NCBI GenBank assembly: GCA_049678185.1
Contig: JBAUDS010000371.1
Coordinates: 2,466-66,465 of the forward strand
Reading direction: 5' to 3'
Origin: Thermoanaerobaculia bacterium
GTDB taxonomy: Bacteria; Acidobacteriota; Thermoanaerobaculia; Multivoradales; JAHEKO01
DNA length: 64,000 nt
A model generated the notes under the pieces. It was not told the origin of the DNA. It did no database searches and saw only the letters and a list, made by a program, of their open reading frames with translations. Shown one piece after another: positions 42,187-52,417 of this stretch; within the stretch, counting starts at the first letter, position 1; each line of letters opens with the position of its first letter. The position numbers were made by a program, and so were the translations under genes.

Positions 42187-43134
42187 TTAGACAGCTTCAA
42201 TATCGTGGATCCTGCCCACATCGATAGCCAGTGAAGCATCCGCCGAGGGACGCTCGAAGATGTTGGTGAATGCGGCGCTCCAGACGATCTCCTCCGCCCT
42301 GTAGGAGGAGCGGGCGTGGACCGTCTGCGAGAAGGTCTCGTCGATCCCGGTCAGCAGGACCAGGATCTCGGCATTGCTGGCCGCCAGCTGCTCCCGGGTC
42401 ACGCCATAGAGCGGGCTCTCCTTGTCGATCGGGTGGACGATGGTCCAGCTCAGCGGGAAGAAGGCGACCTTGTGGCGCTCGAGCGGTAGCACATGGAACC
42501 GACGCTTCAGGCGTCCATCACTCTCCTCCAGCCAGGCGAGGTGTACCTTGGCTTCCAGCTCCATGATCTGGTTGCGACGGCGGTTGACGATGCGGAACTC
42601 GAAGGCGGTGATGCCGCGGTAGGGAGCAACGACGGCCTTCTCGCTGAAGATGATCTCTGCCAGCGGGCGTGAGAAGCGCGCGAAGATGAGACCGGTTCCC
42701 AATGCCAGGCCAAAAAGCCCCACCATCGCCTCGATGGTGACCAGCACGTTGGCTCCTACGCTCACCGGGACGATGTGCCCATAGCCGATCGTTGACAGCG
42801 TATGAACGCTGAAAAAGAACGCTCGGGACAGCTGCCCGCCACCGGTCGCAGCCAGATCCCCTCGCAGAGCGTCTGGTCCACACAAAAGATATGCCACTGC
42901 GAAAAGCGCATTTGCGACCAGATACCCCACTATCGCCAACAAGGCAAAACGAGGCCAGGACATGGTCAGCAGGGAGTAGTAGAGGCTCAACGCCGATCGG
43001 ATCCCTTGCCCCTTGCGCACGACGTTGAAACTCCCGTCCCGGTTGAGCAGTCGGCGATGGCTGTCGCGCGCCACCACCGACCCGAAACCGAGATCACGAT
43101 CCTCCTCGCGTACGAACTCCTGGCCCTCGCTCAT
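42187..43134 (-). CDS. Inward-rectifier-type potassium channel (KirBac-like)
   Basis: Two-TM pore with a TIGYG selectivity filter and a cytoplasmic Kir beta-domain. Start at the internal Met MSEGQEF. Confidence 0.85.
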   Translation of the reverse strand: MSEGQEFVREEDRDLGFGSVVARDSHRRLLNRDGSFNVVRKGQGIRSALSLYYSLLTMSWPRFALLAIVGYLVANALFAVAYLLCGPDALRGDLAATGGGQLSRAFFFSVHTLSTIGYGHIVPVSVGANVLVTIEAMVGLFGLALGTGLIFARFSRPLAEIIFSEKAVVAPYRGITAFEFRIVNRRRNQIMELEAKVHLAWLEESDGRLKRRFHVLPLERHKVAFFPLSWTIVHPIDKESPLYGVTREQLAASNAEILVLLTGIDETFSQTVHARSSYRAEEIVWSAAFTNIFERPSADASLAIDVGRIHDIEAV

Positions 43135-43273
43135 GCGTAGACTCCTTCGTCGGACAACTTCTCGTGGAAGTCGGTGACTCTCCAGATCTCTTTTCTCTGG
43201 GCTCAGGATACAAAAAACCGCCGGCCGTGATGGCCGGCGGTTCTTGTGTGGGCCTCCTGGAGTCCCGGATCGA

Positions 43274-44248
43274 CTACTGGAGGAGCTTGGAGCCCTCGTT
43301 GACCGCGATCCAACTGTACCAGAAGGTATCGAATCCGGTGAAGGTTTCGATGCCGTCGCTTGCGGTCGTCTTGGCCCGCGCCACCAGCTCGGCGGCATCG
43401 GCGCCCGCGGCCTGCTCGGCGGCGACGAGATAGGCCTTGGTGGATTCGAACAGGGACGCCCCCGGGGTCCGATAGAGAAGAACCAGCTTGCCGTCGAGAC
43501 CCTCCACCTCGAACAGACGACCCCCCTCGTAGGCGGCGTGTGGCACGGCCCAGGGTTGGTCACCTACCCAAAAGGTGAAGATGGCCTCTTTGGGCTCGAG
43601 GCGGTGATCGGTGATCTTCAGGTCGCGGAAAGTCTCATCCGACGAGAAGTAGTTGTCATAAGGGTTGCGCTCGATGTGCTCCACCCCACCTACCGAGAGG
43701 ACCCGGGTGTCGGGGTAACGAGCCACCCAGTCCTTCCAGGTGCTCTTCTCGCCATAGGGGAGCTCCACCAGGTCCGCGCCCTCCATCTTGCCGCCGATGG
43801 CGTCGGAGGTCATGATCGACCACCAGCTATCGGTCTCCCGGTCACGCATGACGAGCGATGCGTCCATGAGGGCACCAGAGGCTTCGAAGTTCAGCTCCTT
43901 GTTGTCGAGATCGCGGTCGTAGACTACGGCCGTGTTGGCCAGCGGTCACCACACGGCGGCAAACTTCTGCCCGCCGATCTGGTCGTTGACCACTTCGTGC
44001 CGATTGAGAAGGTTGAGGCTGTAGGCCCGCGCCTGCCCATCGATCACCACCCCCAGCACCCAGGCGTCGTCGGAGATCTCCGCCTCCGCCGCGGGCACGA
44101 ACCGCGGCTCGAACACCGCGGCGATTCGACCCCGTGGCAGAATCTGCTCCACCCCCGGTGGTAGCTCCTCGGCGGCCGCCGCACAGGCCGCTCCCCATGC
44201 GGCGCCGGCAAGGATGGCTAGAGTGTAGAGGGTTCTTGTCGTCTTCAT
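43274..44248 (-). CDS. DUF3179-like secreted protein with an in-frame TGA at 43946-43948 (candidate selenoprotein), about 324 aa with read-through
   Basis: ORFs 43946..44248 (signal peptide, ...HEVVNDQIGGQKFAAVW) and 43274..43867 (LVMRDRETDSWWS...) are in the same frame. TGA is followed by PLANTAVVYDRD. Homologues carry Y-C-P-L-C at this position, so TGA aligns with the first Cys. Confidence 0.5.
43946..43948 (-). other. In-frame UGA, putative selenocysteine recoding site
   Basis: Aligned to the conserved Cys of a CPLC-type motif. A possible hairpin (cggccguagucuacgaccg) lies about 13 nt downstream in the mRNA. Confidence 0.4.
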
Positions 44249-44313
44249 GGTAGCTCCCTGGAGAAGTCTACCCCGGTGATACGTAGCTGTGGTCGGTAGA
44301 GATTGACTCTTAT

Positions 44314-44796
44314 CTAGTCGCCTTCGGCTGCGGTCTCTTCAGCCGGGTGGTACTCGAGCATATGCTTGCCGACCCACTGAGCAACGATGTAGTCGGGGAT
44401 CTCCCCGATCGTGACCTCGATCTCGAGCCGCTGGCCGTCACGCTCGATCTCATAGGTCATCGTGCCCCCCGGTCGCATCCCCTTGTAGGCCTCCATCAGG
44501 GCCTGCTTGTTTTCGTCGGTATAGGCGATGCCGTTGAGGACCAGCAGAATGTCGCCTGGCTCGAGGCCCGCGGCTTCGGCGGGGCTCCCTTTGAATACCT
44601 CATCGAGGACGACGTGGCCTGCGTCTTTGTCGTAGTCGAAGTAGACACCTATCCAGCCCTTCTTCTTCAACGCCGCGGCCATGTCACGGGCGCAGACGGT
44701 CGCATCCCCTTTGCATTTCTCGTCCTCAGCGCTTGCGAGCGCCGGAAACTGAGCCAGGAGCACAAGAGCCATCGAGCCGAGTATCCATTTCTTCAT
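44314..44796 (-). CDS. Secreted PDZ-domain protein
   Basis: Signal peptide and a PDZ-like GLEPGDILLVLNG motif. Confidence 0.6.
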   Translation of the reverse strand: MKKWILGSMALVLLAQFPALASAEDEKCKGDATVCARDMAAALKKKGWIGVYFDYDKDAGHVVLDEVFKGSPAEAAGLEPGDILLVLNGIAYTDENKQALMEAYKGMRPGGTMTYEIERDGQRLEIEVTIGEIPDYIVAQWVGKHMLEYHPAEETAAEGD

Positions 44797-44809
44797 TGCC
44801 TTCTTCCTC

Positions 44810-45118
44810 TCAAATACATGAGCTGTAGGGGTCTCCGCTCAGATCGCAGTCGGCCGCCCGGGCGTCCGGTCCCATCGCTGGCACAAAAAAAGGTAGGACC
44901 GAGAATTCGTCGATGTCGGAGAGATCCGACCCCGCACTGCGCTCGACCGGTGTGGTCCGCTCCTCGCTGGAAACCGGCAGACTACTGAGCTCGGGCTGGC
45001 GACAACCGAGCCCAAAGGCCAGGACTACCGCAACGGCGGCAACAGTAACAACACTTCTCCCTACGCGCATCACACTCACCATGAAGGTACGAAGGATACC
45101 GTAGGAGGGTTGCACCAT
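44810..45118 (-). CDS. Small hypothetical lipoprotein-like protein
   Basis: Hydrophobic N-terminus with a GLGC lipobox-like motif. Confidence 0.3.
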   Translation of the reverse strand: MVQPSYGILRTFMVSVMRVGRSVVTVAAVAVVLAFGLGCRQPELSSLPVSSEERTTPVERSAGSDLSDIDEFSVLPFFVPAMGPDARAADCDLSGDPYSSCI

Positions 45119-45119
45119 T

Positions 45120-46835
45120 TCACTGAGCCCAGGCGGGAACGGTGGTCAGGTCGATCCCCAGGAGCGAGGAGGAGACGAAGTAGAAGATCAGGGTGATGAG
45201 CACCACCCCCACGAGGTTGAGAAGGATTCCGGCCCGCACCATCTCTCGAATCTCGAGCTCTCCCGAACCAAAGACGATGGCGTTGGGAGGGGTGGCAATC
45301 GGCAGCATGAAGGCACAGCTGGCCGACAGCGTGGCCGGGATCATGAGCAGCAGCGGGTTGACCCCCATGGCCGCGGCGGTACCGGCCAGTACCGGCAACA
45401 TCACCTCGGTGGTGGCGGTGTTGGAGGTGACTTCGGTGAGAAAGGTGAGCAGCAAACAGGTGGCGGCGATCAGCAAGATCGGACTGAGCCCTTGGACCTG
45501 GCCGGCGTAGGACTCACCCAGATACTGGGAGAGTCCCGACTCCTTGAAGGCCATGGCCAAAGCAAACCCGCCACCAAACAGCAGCAAAATCCCCCAGGGC
45601 AGCCTGACAGCCGTCTCCCAGTCCATGAGGGCCCGCCGACGGCCTTGCGGATCGGGCTCACCCGGAATCAGAAAAGTCAGCACCGCCATACAAACCGCCA
45701 CTGTGGCATCGTGGAGATTCTCGCCGGCAAAGGGCTCACCGACCCAACGCTCGAGCAGGCTCGCCCAACCGGGAAGGTGCACCGCCCCAAGAACGAGATC
45801 TCCCCGGGCCATCCACAAGACGGCGGTCGCTGCGAAGACCCACAGCATCCGTCTCTCGGCCGTTCCCATCTTGCCCAGCCGTTCGAGCTCGCGCCGGATC
45901 ACCTCGCCTGCCGCCGGGATGGGCTCGCGCCCTAGCCGGTGGGCTATCCGGGTCAAATACAACCAGGCAAGAGGTAGGAAGATCGCCACCAGCGGCAGAA
46001 AAGCCATGGTCCAGCGGCCAAAGGTGATGGTCGGTGCGTCGGGGTAGAAGATCTCGACAATGCGCAGGAAGGACATGTTGGGCGGGGTACCGATGGGTGT
46101 GGCGAGGCCGCCGATGGAGGCGGAGTAGGCGATACCCAGAAGCAGAGCCGGGCCAAAACCACCGAGCCTTTTGTCACCGCTCATCTCGCGCACCGCGCCG
46201 ATCACCGCCAGGGCGATGGGGAGCATCATCAGGGTCGTTGCGGTGTTCGATATCCACATCGAGAGAAAGGCCGTGGCCACCATGAAGCCCAGCACCATGC
46301 GCGAGGGGTGGGTGCCGAGTGTGCGGACAACGTGCAGAGCCATCCGCCGGTGCAGGCCCCAGCGTTCCACCCCCAGGGCCAGGATAAAGCCGCCCATGAA
46401 CAGGAAGGTGATGTTGTTGGCGTAGTTGGCGGCGGTGGTGCCACTGGGCAGAACACCCAGCACCGGAAAGAGAACCAGTGGCAAGAGCGAAGTCGCTGGT
46501 ATGGGGATTGCCACCGTCATCCACCAGGCCGCCATGAGGACGGCCACGGCCAGCGTGCTGCGGGCATCTCGCGGCATCTCGAGCAGAAACGGGGCCAGCA
46601 GGAGGGCGACAGAGAGAGTGAGGAGGACGGTAGCGGTCACCGCCAGACGGCGACGCGAGCGGGCGGCGGGGATCAAACCCAGACCGACGACCAGCAGTGC
46701 TCCCCCCACCCAGCGCAGCTGGTGCAGGGGAGCGGCCGCCAGCAGCGGCATCGCCAGAATGGCGAGGAAACCGACCACGCCGGTCACCAGCCCGACCAGC
46801 TGGCTCGTGCCCCGCTGTTGCGGCTCTCCCCTCAC
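45120..46835 (-). CDS. DASS/SLC13-family anion:sodium symporter-like permease
   Basis: Many TM helices with family-like hairpin motifs (WISNTATT, SN...). The N-terminal extent is uncertain. Confidence 0.65.
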   Translation of the reverse strand: MRGEPQQRGTSQLVGLVTGVVGFLAILAMPLLAAAPLHQLRWVGGALLVVGLGLIPAARSRRRLAVTATVLLTLSVALLLAPFLLEMPRDARSTLAVAVLMAAWWMTVAIPIPATSLLPLVLFPVLGVLPSGTTAANYANNITFLFMGGFILALGVERWGLHRRMALHVVRTLGTHPSRMVLGFMVATAFLSMWISNTATTLMMLPIALAVIGAVREMSGDKRLGGFGPALLLGIAYSASIGGLATPIGTPPNMSFLRIVEIFYPDAPTITFGRWTMAFLPLVAIFLPLAWLYLTRIAHRLGREPIPAAGEVIRRELERLGKMGTAERRMLWVFAATAVLWMARGDLVLGAVHLPGWASLLERWVGEPFAGENLHDATVAVCMAVLTFLIPGEPDPQGRRRALMDWETAVRLPWGILLLFGGGFALAMAFKESGLSQYLGESYAGQVQGLSPILLIAATCLLLTFLTEVTSNTATTEVMLPVLAGTAAAMGVNPLLLMIPATLSASCAFMLPIATPPNAIVFGSGELEIREMVRAGILLNLVGVVLITLIFYFVSSSLLGIDLTTVPAWAQ

Positions 46836-46969
46836 AGCGCAAGAATATTCGAATTCCCTGGCTCTCAGGCACCGGAGGTCTTGACGGATACAGAAATTTT
46901 GGGTAGTCTAAAAGTGGCTTTCGGGGCCGTGAACGGAATAATGACTCCGGACCTCGAAAGACATAGTCG

Positions 46970-47998
46970 GTGTCGCTCATGACGGATCCCGCCATAGCCC
47001 TCCTCGGGGCCCTCCTCCTGGTCGCCGGTCTTGTGGCGCTGCTCTGGCCCGACAGAGGCCTGCTGTGGCGTGGCCTGCGTGCTGTCCGCGCCACCGAACG
47101 AGTCCTCATCGAGGACGCGCTCAAACATCTCTTCGACTGCGAGTACAAGGGACGGATCGCCAATCTGCAGAGCCTCTCGGGAGCACTTTCGGTGTCGGGC
47201 AACCGGGCCGCCGAGATCCTCGGACGTCTCGAAGAGCAGGTGCTGGTCGCTCCTACCCAGGCCGGCTATCAGCTCACCCCGGAAGGTCGCCGCTACGCCC
47301 TGCGGGTGGTCCGCATCCACCGTCTCTGGGAGCGGTATCTGTCGGATGAGACCGGTCTCGACCCGGAAGCCTGGCACGACGCCGCCGAGCTGCGCGAGCA
47401 CACCATCAGCGCCGAAGAGGCCGAGCTGCTGTCGGCCAGCATGGGGCATCCCCGCTACGACCCTCACGGCGACCCCATACCCACGGCCGGCGGTGAGATC
47501 GTGCCGCCCCAAGGGCGCCCATTGACCGAGCTGCCGCCGGGAGAGTTGGCCGAGATCGTCCATGTCGAGGACGAGCCGCCGGCGATCTATGCCCAGCTGG
47601 TGGCGGAGGGACTCCACCCCGGTATGAGGGTGCGGGTCAACGAAGCCTCACCGCAGCGCCTCCGCTTCGAGGCCGACGCCCAGGAGCACGTCCTGGCGCC
47701 GATTCTGGCGGCAAACCTCTCGGTGCTGCCGCTGCCCAAGGAGGAGCGGATGGAGGGCCCCTTCGAGCGGCTGTCGGGCCTCGACCTCGGCCAGCAGGGC
47801 ACGGTTGTCGCCATCTCGCCGGTGCTGCGTGGTCCCGAGCGCCGTCGGATGCTGGATCTCGGGCTCATCCCGGGCACCGTGGTGACGGCCGAGATTCGAA
47901 GCCCTGGTGGCGACCCCACCGGTTACCGCATCCGCGGAGCGGTGATCGCGCTGCGCCAGGAGCAGGCCGACCAGATCCAGATCGAACGCGTTGCCTGA
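46970..47998 (+). CDS. DtxR/MntR-family metal-dependent regulator fused to two FeoA-like domains, with an N-terminal hydrophobic helix
   Basis: HRLWERYL and HPRYDPHGDPIP DtxR metal-site motifs, followed by two SH3-like FeoA repeats. Lies directly upstream of feoB. Confidence 0.7.
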   Translation: MSLMTDPAIALLGALLLVAGLVALLWPDRGLLWRGLRAVRATERVLIEDALKHLFDCEYKGRIANLQSLSGALSVSGNRAAEILGRLEEQVLVAPTQAGYQLTPEGRRYALRVVRIHRLWERYLSDETGLDPEAWHDAAELREHTISAEEAELLSASMGHPRYDPHGDPIPTAGGEIVPPQGRPLTELPPGELAEIVHVEDEPPAIYAQLVAEGLHPGMRVRVNEASPQRLRFEADAQEHVLAPILAANLSVLPLPKEERMEGPFERLSGLDLGQQGTVVAISPVLRGPERRRMLDLGLIPGTVVTAEIRSPGGDPTGYRIRGAVIALRQEQADQIQIERVA

Positions 47999-48010
47999 CC
48001 AGGATCAACC

Positions 48011-50269
48011 ATGAGTCAACCCTCTCCCGCTGCCTGCGCCGCCTGTCCCGCCCACAACGTGGCCAACCTGGTCAAGCTGGGTGTGGACATGGAGAACTAC
48101 GACTACGTGGTGGCGCTGGCCGGCAACCCCAACACCGGCAAAAGCACGGTCTTCAACTCGCTGACCGGGCTGCGGCAGCACACCGGCAACTGGCCCGGCA
48201 AGACGGTGGCGCGCGCCGAGGGCGGGTTCTCCTCCGGCGACAACCGCTACAAGTTGGTGGATCTTCCCGGTACCTACTCGTTGCTGTCGGCCAGTCTCGA
48301 CGAGGAGATCGCCCGCAATTTCATCCTCTTCGGCCAGCCCGATGTCACCGTCATCGTGGTCGACGCCACTCGTCTCGAGCGCAACCTCAATCTGGTGCTC
48401 CAGGTCCTCGAGATCACCGACCGGGTCGTCGTCTGCCTCAACCTAATGGACGAAGCGCGACGACGGGGGCTCCAGATCGACGACCGTCGGCTGGCTCGTG
48501 ATCTCGGGGTGCCTGTGGTGCCGACCGCAGCCCGCTATGGCGAAGGGCTCGAGGAGCTCAACCGCGCCATCAGCGAGGTGGCGTCGGGACAGGTCGTCTG
48601 TAAGCCCCGTCGGGTCGGAGGCCAATCAGCGGTCCTCAAACGGGCTGTCAGTCGCCTCGCCGACGAGATCTCGAAGGTCTACCCGAATCTTCCCAACTCC
48701 CAATGGGTCGCCCTGCGTCTGTTGGATGGTGACGCCGATATCGCCGAGGCGGTGCTGAATGGGGGTCTGGGAGAGCTTCAGGACGACCTCACGGCCCTCG
48801 ACACCACGGCTGAGGAGAAGATCCCCGGGGCGGTCACGGACGAGGACCGTCTGGACCCCGAGTCCATCTTCGCCGTCGCCTCGCAGCTTCGCTGGCAGGT
48901 AGGCAAGGACTTCCACCAGAAGCTGATGGAGGTCATCTACACCGAAGCGGCCCGTCTGGCCGATCGGGCCACGACCCGGAGCGGCGAGAAGCCCCGCTTC
49001 GATTGGGACCGCGCCGTGGACCGCCTGGTCACCAGCCGCACCTTTGGCTTTCCGCTCATGCTGCTGATGTTGACGGTGGTCTTCTGGATCACCATCGCCG
49101 GCGCCAACGTCCCTTCCGCCCTGCTGGCAGATCTCCTGATCGACACCCTCCACCCGCTGCTCAAGTCGGGTGCCGCGGCCATCGGGTTACCCTGGTGGCT
49201 GAGCGGTCTGCTGATCGATGGTATGTACCTGGCCACCGCCTGGGTGGTGAGCGTCATGCTTCCCCCCATGGCCATCTTCTTCCCGCTCTTTACCCTGCTC
49301 GAGGACTTTGGTTACCTGCCACGGGTAGCCTTCAACATGGACCGGGCCTTCAAACGGGTGGGGGCCCACGGTAAACAGGCCCTCACCATGGCCATGGGCT
49401 GGGGGTGCAATGCGGCGGCAATCATTTCGACCCGGATCATCGACAGCCCCCGGGAGCGGCTGATCGCCATTATCACCAACAACTTTGCCCTCTGTAACGG
49501 TCGCTGGCCGACCCAGATCTTGATCGCCTCGATCTTTGTCGGTGCCCTGGCGCCGGCCTATCTGGGTGGGCTCATCTCGGCCCTGGCGGTGGTGTCGGTG
49601 GCCGTGCTGGGCGTGTTCTTGACCTTCGCCACCTCCTGGCTGCTCTCGCGCACGGTCCTGCGCGGCGAGGTGTCGACCTTCAACCTCGAGCTGCCCCCCT
49701 ATCGGCCGCCCCGTATCCTCCAGACCATCTACACCTCGATCATCGACCGTACCCTCATCGTGCTGTGGCGAGCGGTGGTTTTTGCGCTGCCGGCGGGTGC
49801 GGTCATCTGGCTGGTCTCCAACATCCAAGTGGGCGGAGCAAGCCTTGCCCAGCACATCATCAACGGCCTCGACCCCTTTGGTGTGCTCCTGGGCTTGAGC
49901 GGTCTGATCCTGCTGGCCTACATCATCGCCATACCCGCGAACGAGATCGTCATCCCCACCATCCTCATGCTGACGGTGCTGGTGACGGGATTCGAAGGCG
50001 TCGGGGGCGGCAGCGGGGTGATGTTCGAGCTCGACTCCGCGACGGCCACCGCCGAGTTGCTGGCGGCCGGGGGCTGGACACTGTTGATGGCGGTGAACTT
50101 GATGCTCTTCAGCCTCGTCCACAACCCCTGCTCGACGACGATCTACACCATCTGGAAGGAAACCCGCAGCGCCAAGTGGACCGCGGTGTCGGCGCTGCTA
50201 CCCGTCGCCATGGGCTTCTTCCTCTGCTTTCTGGTTGCCCAGGTCTGGCGACTCGTTGCTGCCGGTTGA
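48011..50269 (+). CDS. feoB: Ferrous iron transport protein B
   Basis: N-terminal G-domain (GNPNTGKST) and a polytopic membrane domain. Confidence 0.9.
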   Translation: MSQPSPAACAACPAHNVANLVKLGVDMENYDYVVALAGNPNTGKSTVFNSLTGLRQHTGNWPGKTVARAEGGFSSGDNRYKLVDLPGTYSLLSASLDEEIARNFILFGQPDVTVIVVDATRLERNLNLVLQVLEITDRVVVCLNLMDEARRRGLQIDDRRLARDLGVPVVPTAARYGEGLEELNRAISEVASGQVVCKPRRVGGQSAVLKRAVSRLADEISKVYPNLPNSQWVALRLLDGDADIAEAVLNGGLGELQDDLTALDTTAEEKIPGAVTDEDRLDPESIFAVASQLRWQVGKDFHQKLMEVIYTEAARLADRATTRSGEKPRFDWDRAVDRLVTSRTFGFPLMLLMLTVVFWITIAGANVPSALLADLLIDTLHPLLKSGAAAIGLPWWLSGLLIDGMYLATAWVVSVMLPPMAIFFPLFTLLEDFGYLPRVAFNMDRAFKRVGAHGKQALTMAMGWGCNAAAIISTRIIDSPRERLIAIITNNFALCNGRWPTQILIASIFVGALAPAYLGGLISALAVVSVAVLGVFLTFATSWLLSRTVLRGEVSTFNLELPPYRPPRILQTIYTSIIDRTLIVLWRAVVFALPAGAVIWLVSNIQVGGASLAQHIINGLDPFGVLLGLSGLILLAYIIAIPANEIVIPTILMLTVLVTGFEGVGGGSGVMFELDSATATAELLAAGGWTLLMAVNLMLFSLVHNPCSTTIYTIWKETRSAKWTAVSALLPVAMGFFLCFLVAQVWRLVAAG

Positions 50270-51232
50270 TCTAGAGCTCACCAGTGGGGTATTCGAATCC
50301 CCATACAGATGAGATAGACCCAGGTAGTCAACGACGGACAGGACTCGCTCGATCTGGGTCGGCGACAGGGTGTTTTGCCACTGGCGAAGGGGGTCACCGC
50401 CGGTCACCACGGCACTCTTGCGGCTGGCTCGCGCCGAAGGTTCTCTGAGACTCCTGAATACGCTGTCGTCATAGGGCTGCGAGATGGCGCCGAAGATTCT
50501 CGGCAGCTCCTCTTCAGGGCGAAGCAGAAGATCTTCGTAGAACAAGACCTGGCCTCGACCCCCAGCCAGATGCTCGAGCGCAACCATGTTGTGCAGACCC
50601 CACAGTGCGGCATGCTGTTCTTCGCTGTGCCCTAGCCCCGCGAGATACTCGAGCTTGCCCCCCAGGTAATCCTCACCCAACTTCTCCTGCTGCAGGCAGG
50701 GCGCAAAGTCCTCGGTCCCCCAATCGTTCTCCATCCTCGACGCCACCACCGCGCACGGGTGCCTGACAAGAAACAGAATCGGCACCTGCGGAAATCTCTG
50801 GTGGATCCATCCCAGGAGAAAGCTCGCCCTTACCGCCTTGACGAGACGAATCTGCGGGCGATACACGTCGACCAGCGTGTCGACCCACGGATTCCTGATT
50901 TCTCCTTTGAACAGCCGTTGACAGTACTCGAACAGTTGCTGGTGATCTTCTGACGGCCGAACATACTGGTAGTAGTCGAACTCGCGGTAGGCCTCGATCT
51001 TCCCCGGATGAAAGGGTTCGAACATGATGCGGCAGGGGGTCTGCGACCTGATGGCCTGGGCGAGCCAGGTGGTGCCGCTGCGAGCAGCTCCGGCAACCAG
51101 AATGCTCTTGTTGCCGTTTCCGTGGACGTCCCGATAGAACTGCCTGGCGATCGCACAAGCGATGCGCAAACGAATCCTCGCGACTCGCCACCGGAAATAG
51201 CGAAAAGTGTTGGGCATGACCACCTGGCCCAA
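50198..51232 (-). CDS. Sulfotransferase-family protein
   Basis: PAPS-binding 5'PSB-like motif [11 protein letters not shown]. Its 3' end overlaps feoB by 72 bp in a convergent arrangement. Confidence 0.55.
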   Translation of the reverse strand: MGQVVMPNTFRYFRWRVARIRLRIACAIARQFYRDVHGNGNKSILVAGAARSGTTWLAQAIRSQTPCRIMFEPFHPGKIEAYREFDYYQYVRPSEDHQQLFEYCQRLFKGEIRNPWVDTLVDVYRPQIRLVKAVRASFLLGWIHQRFPQVPILFLVRHPCAVVASRMENDWGTEDFAPCLQQEKLGEDYLGGKLEYLAGLGHSEEQHAALWGLHNMVALEHLAGGRGQVLFYEDLLLRPEEELPRIFGAISQPYDDSVFRSLREPSARASRKSAVVTGGDPLRQWQNTLSPTQIERVLSVVDYLGLSHLYGDSNTPLVSSRSTGSNESPDLGNQKAEEEAHGDG

Positions 51233-51282
51233 TGGTATTGCTTTTGGGCAGGCAGCGGGTGACCAGCCGAGTCCCTACCGCG

Positions 51283-52299
51283 CTAGGCCCGGGCGGTCTT
51301 GGTGCTGCGGAAGGAGACGAGCTGGTGCCGGTCCTCGTCCCAGAGCTTGTAGCGCAGACACTCCAGGCTCCTAATCAGGCTCAGACGGGTAACGTGGTGG
51401 AGCTCCGGGTTATCCCTGAAGCACTCCTTGAGCCGATAGTTGGGAATCAGGCTCGAAAGGTGATGGACGTGGTGGTAGCCGATATTCCCCGTTAGCCAGT
51501 GCAAGACAGCCGGCAGATCGTAGAAGGAGCTGCCCTCGATGCCGGCGGCAAAAAAACTCCAATCTTGGTGATGCTCCCAGTAGGTGTCTTCGAACTGGTG
51601 CTGCACATAGAACATCCAGACGCCCAGGGTCCCGGCGATAATGGTAATCGGCAGCTGGACCATCAGAAATCGTGGCACACCGATGGTCAGCCCCATGACG
51701 ATGATGATGGCCAGCAGCGCCAGGTTGGTCCACAAGATGCCTCGCCACTCCCTTTTCCAGGAACGGGGAGTGTCTATCGGGTACCGGTGTTTGATGACGA
51801 ATTGCCAGACCGGGCCGATGACCAAGAGGACGAATGGGTTTCTATAGACACGGTAGCCGAGCCGCCCGAGCCGAGATCGCTCCCGGTACTCCTGTACCGT
51901 GATTGTGTCCACCTCGCCGAATTCCCGCCGGTCGAGGTCGCCGGAGCTGGCGTGGTGGATGGCATGGGTCCGTTTCCAGTAGCGATAGGGAGTCAGTGTC
52001 AGCACACCCAGCCAGAAGCCGACCGTGTTGTTTGCGGTCCGGGACCTGAAGAACGAGGCGTGACCGCAATCGTGCTGGATGATGAACAACCGCACGAGAA
52101 AAAAGGCGGCTGGAACGGCCAGAGCCAGCGTCAGCCAGTAGGAAACCTCGAGGCTGCGGAGCATCAGATACCAGGTGCCGACAAAGAACAGCGCGGTGCT
52201 CGACAGCTGGTAGACGCTCTTGCCCAGGTTCGGTTTGGCGTAGGGCTTCAGGATCTGGTTCCAAAACCGCGCGGCGGTCTGATTCTCTTGTGCTTCCAC
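51283..52299 (-). CDS. Membrane fatty-acid desaturase
   Basis: Three His boxes (HDCGH, HAIHH, HHVHH) and TM helices. Confidence 0.85.
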   Translation of the reverse strand: MEAQENQTAARFWNQILKPYAKPNLGKSVYQLSSTALFFVGTWYLMLRSLEVSYWLTLALAVPAAFFLVRLFIIQHDCGHASFFRSRTANNTVGFWLGVLTLTPYRYWKRTHAIHHASSGDLDRREFGEVDTITVQEYRERSRLGRLGYRVYRNPFVLLVIGPVWQFVIKHRYPIDTPRSWKREWRGILWTNLALLAIIIVMGLTIGVPRFLMVQLPITIIAGTLGVWMFYVQHQFEDTYWEHHQDWSFFAAGIEGSSFYDLPAVLHWLTGNIGYHHVHHLSSLIPNYRLKECFRDNPELHHVTRLSLIRSLECLRYKLWDEDRHQLVSFRSTKTARA

Positions 52300-52417
52300 T
52301 GATCGTCCTCGTCTTCTTTGATAGAAAGTGGTGCCGACTGGCTGATATTATCCGAACTTTGTACCGAAGAGCATATCGCTGTCAACCCGGACAGTCACCC
52401 GCCTACCCACGCTCGAC

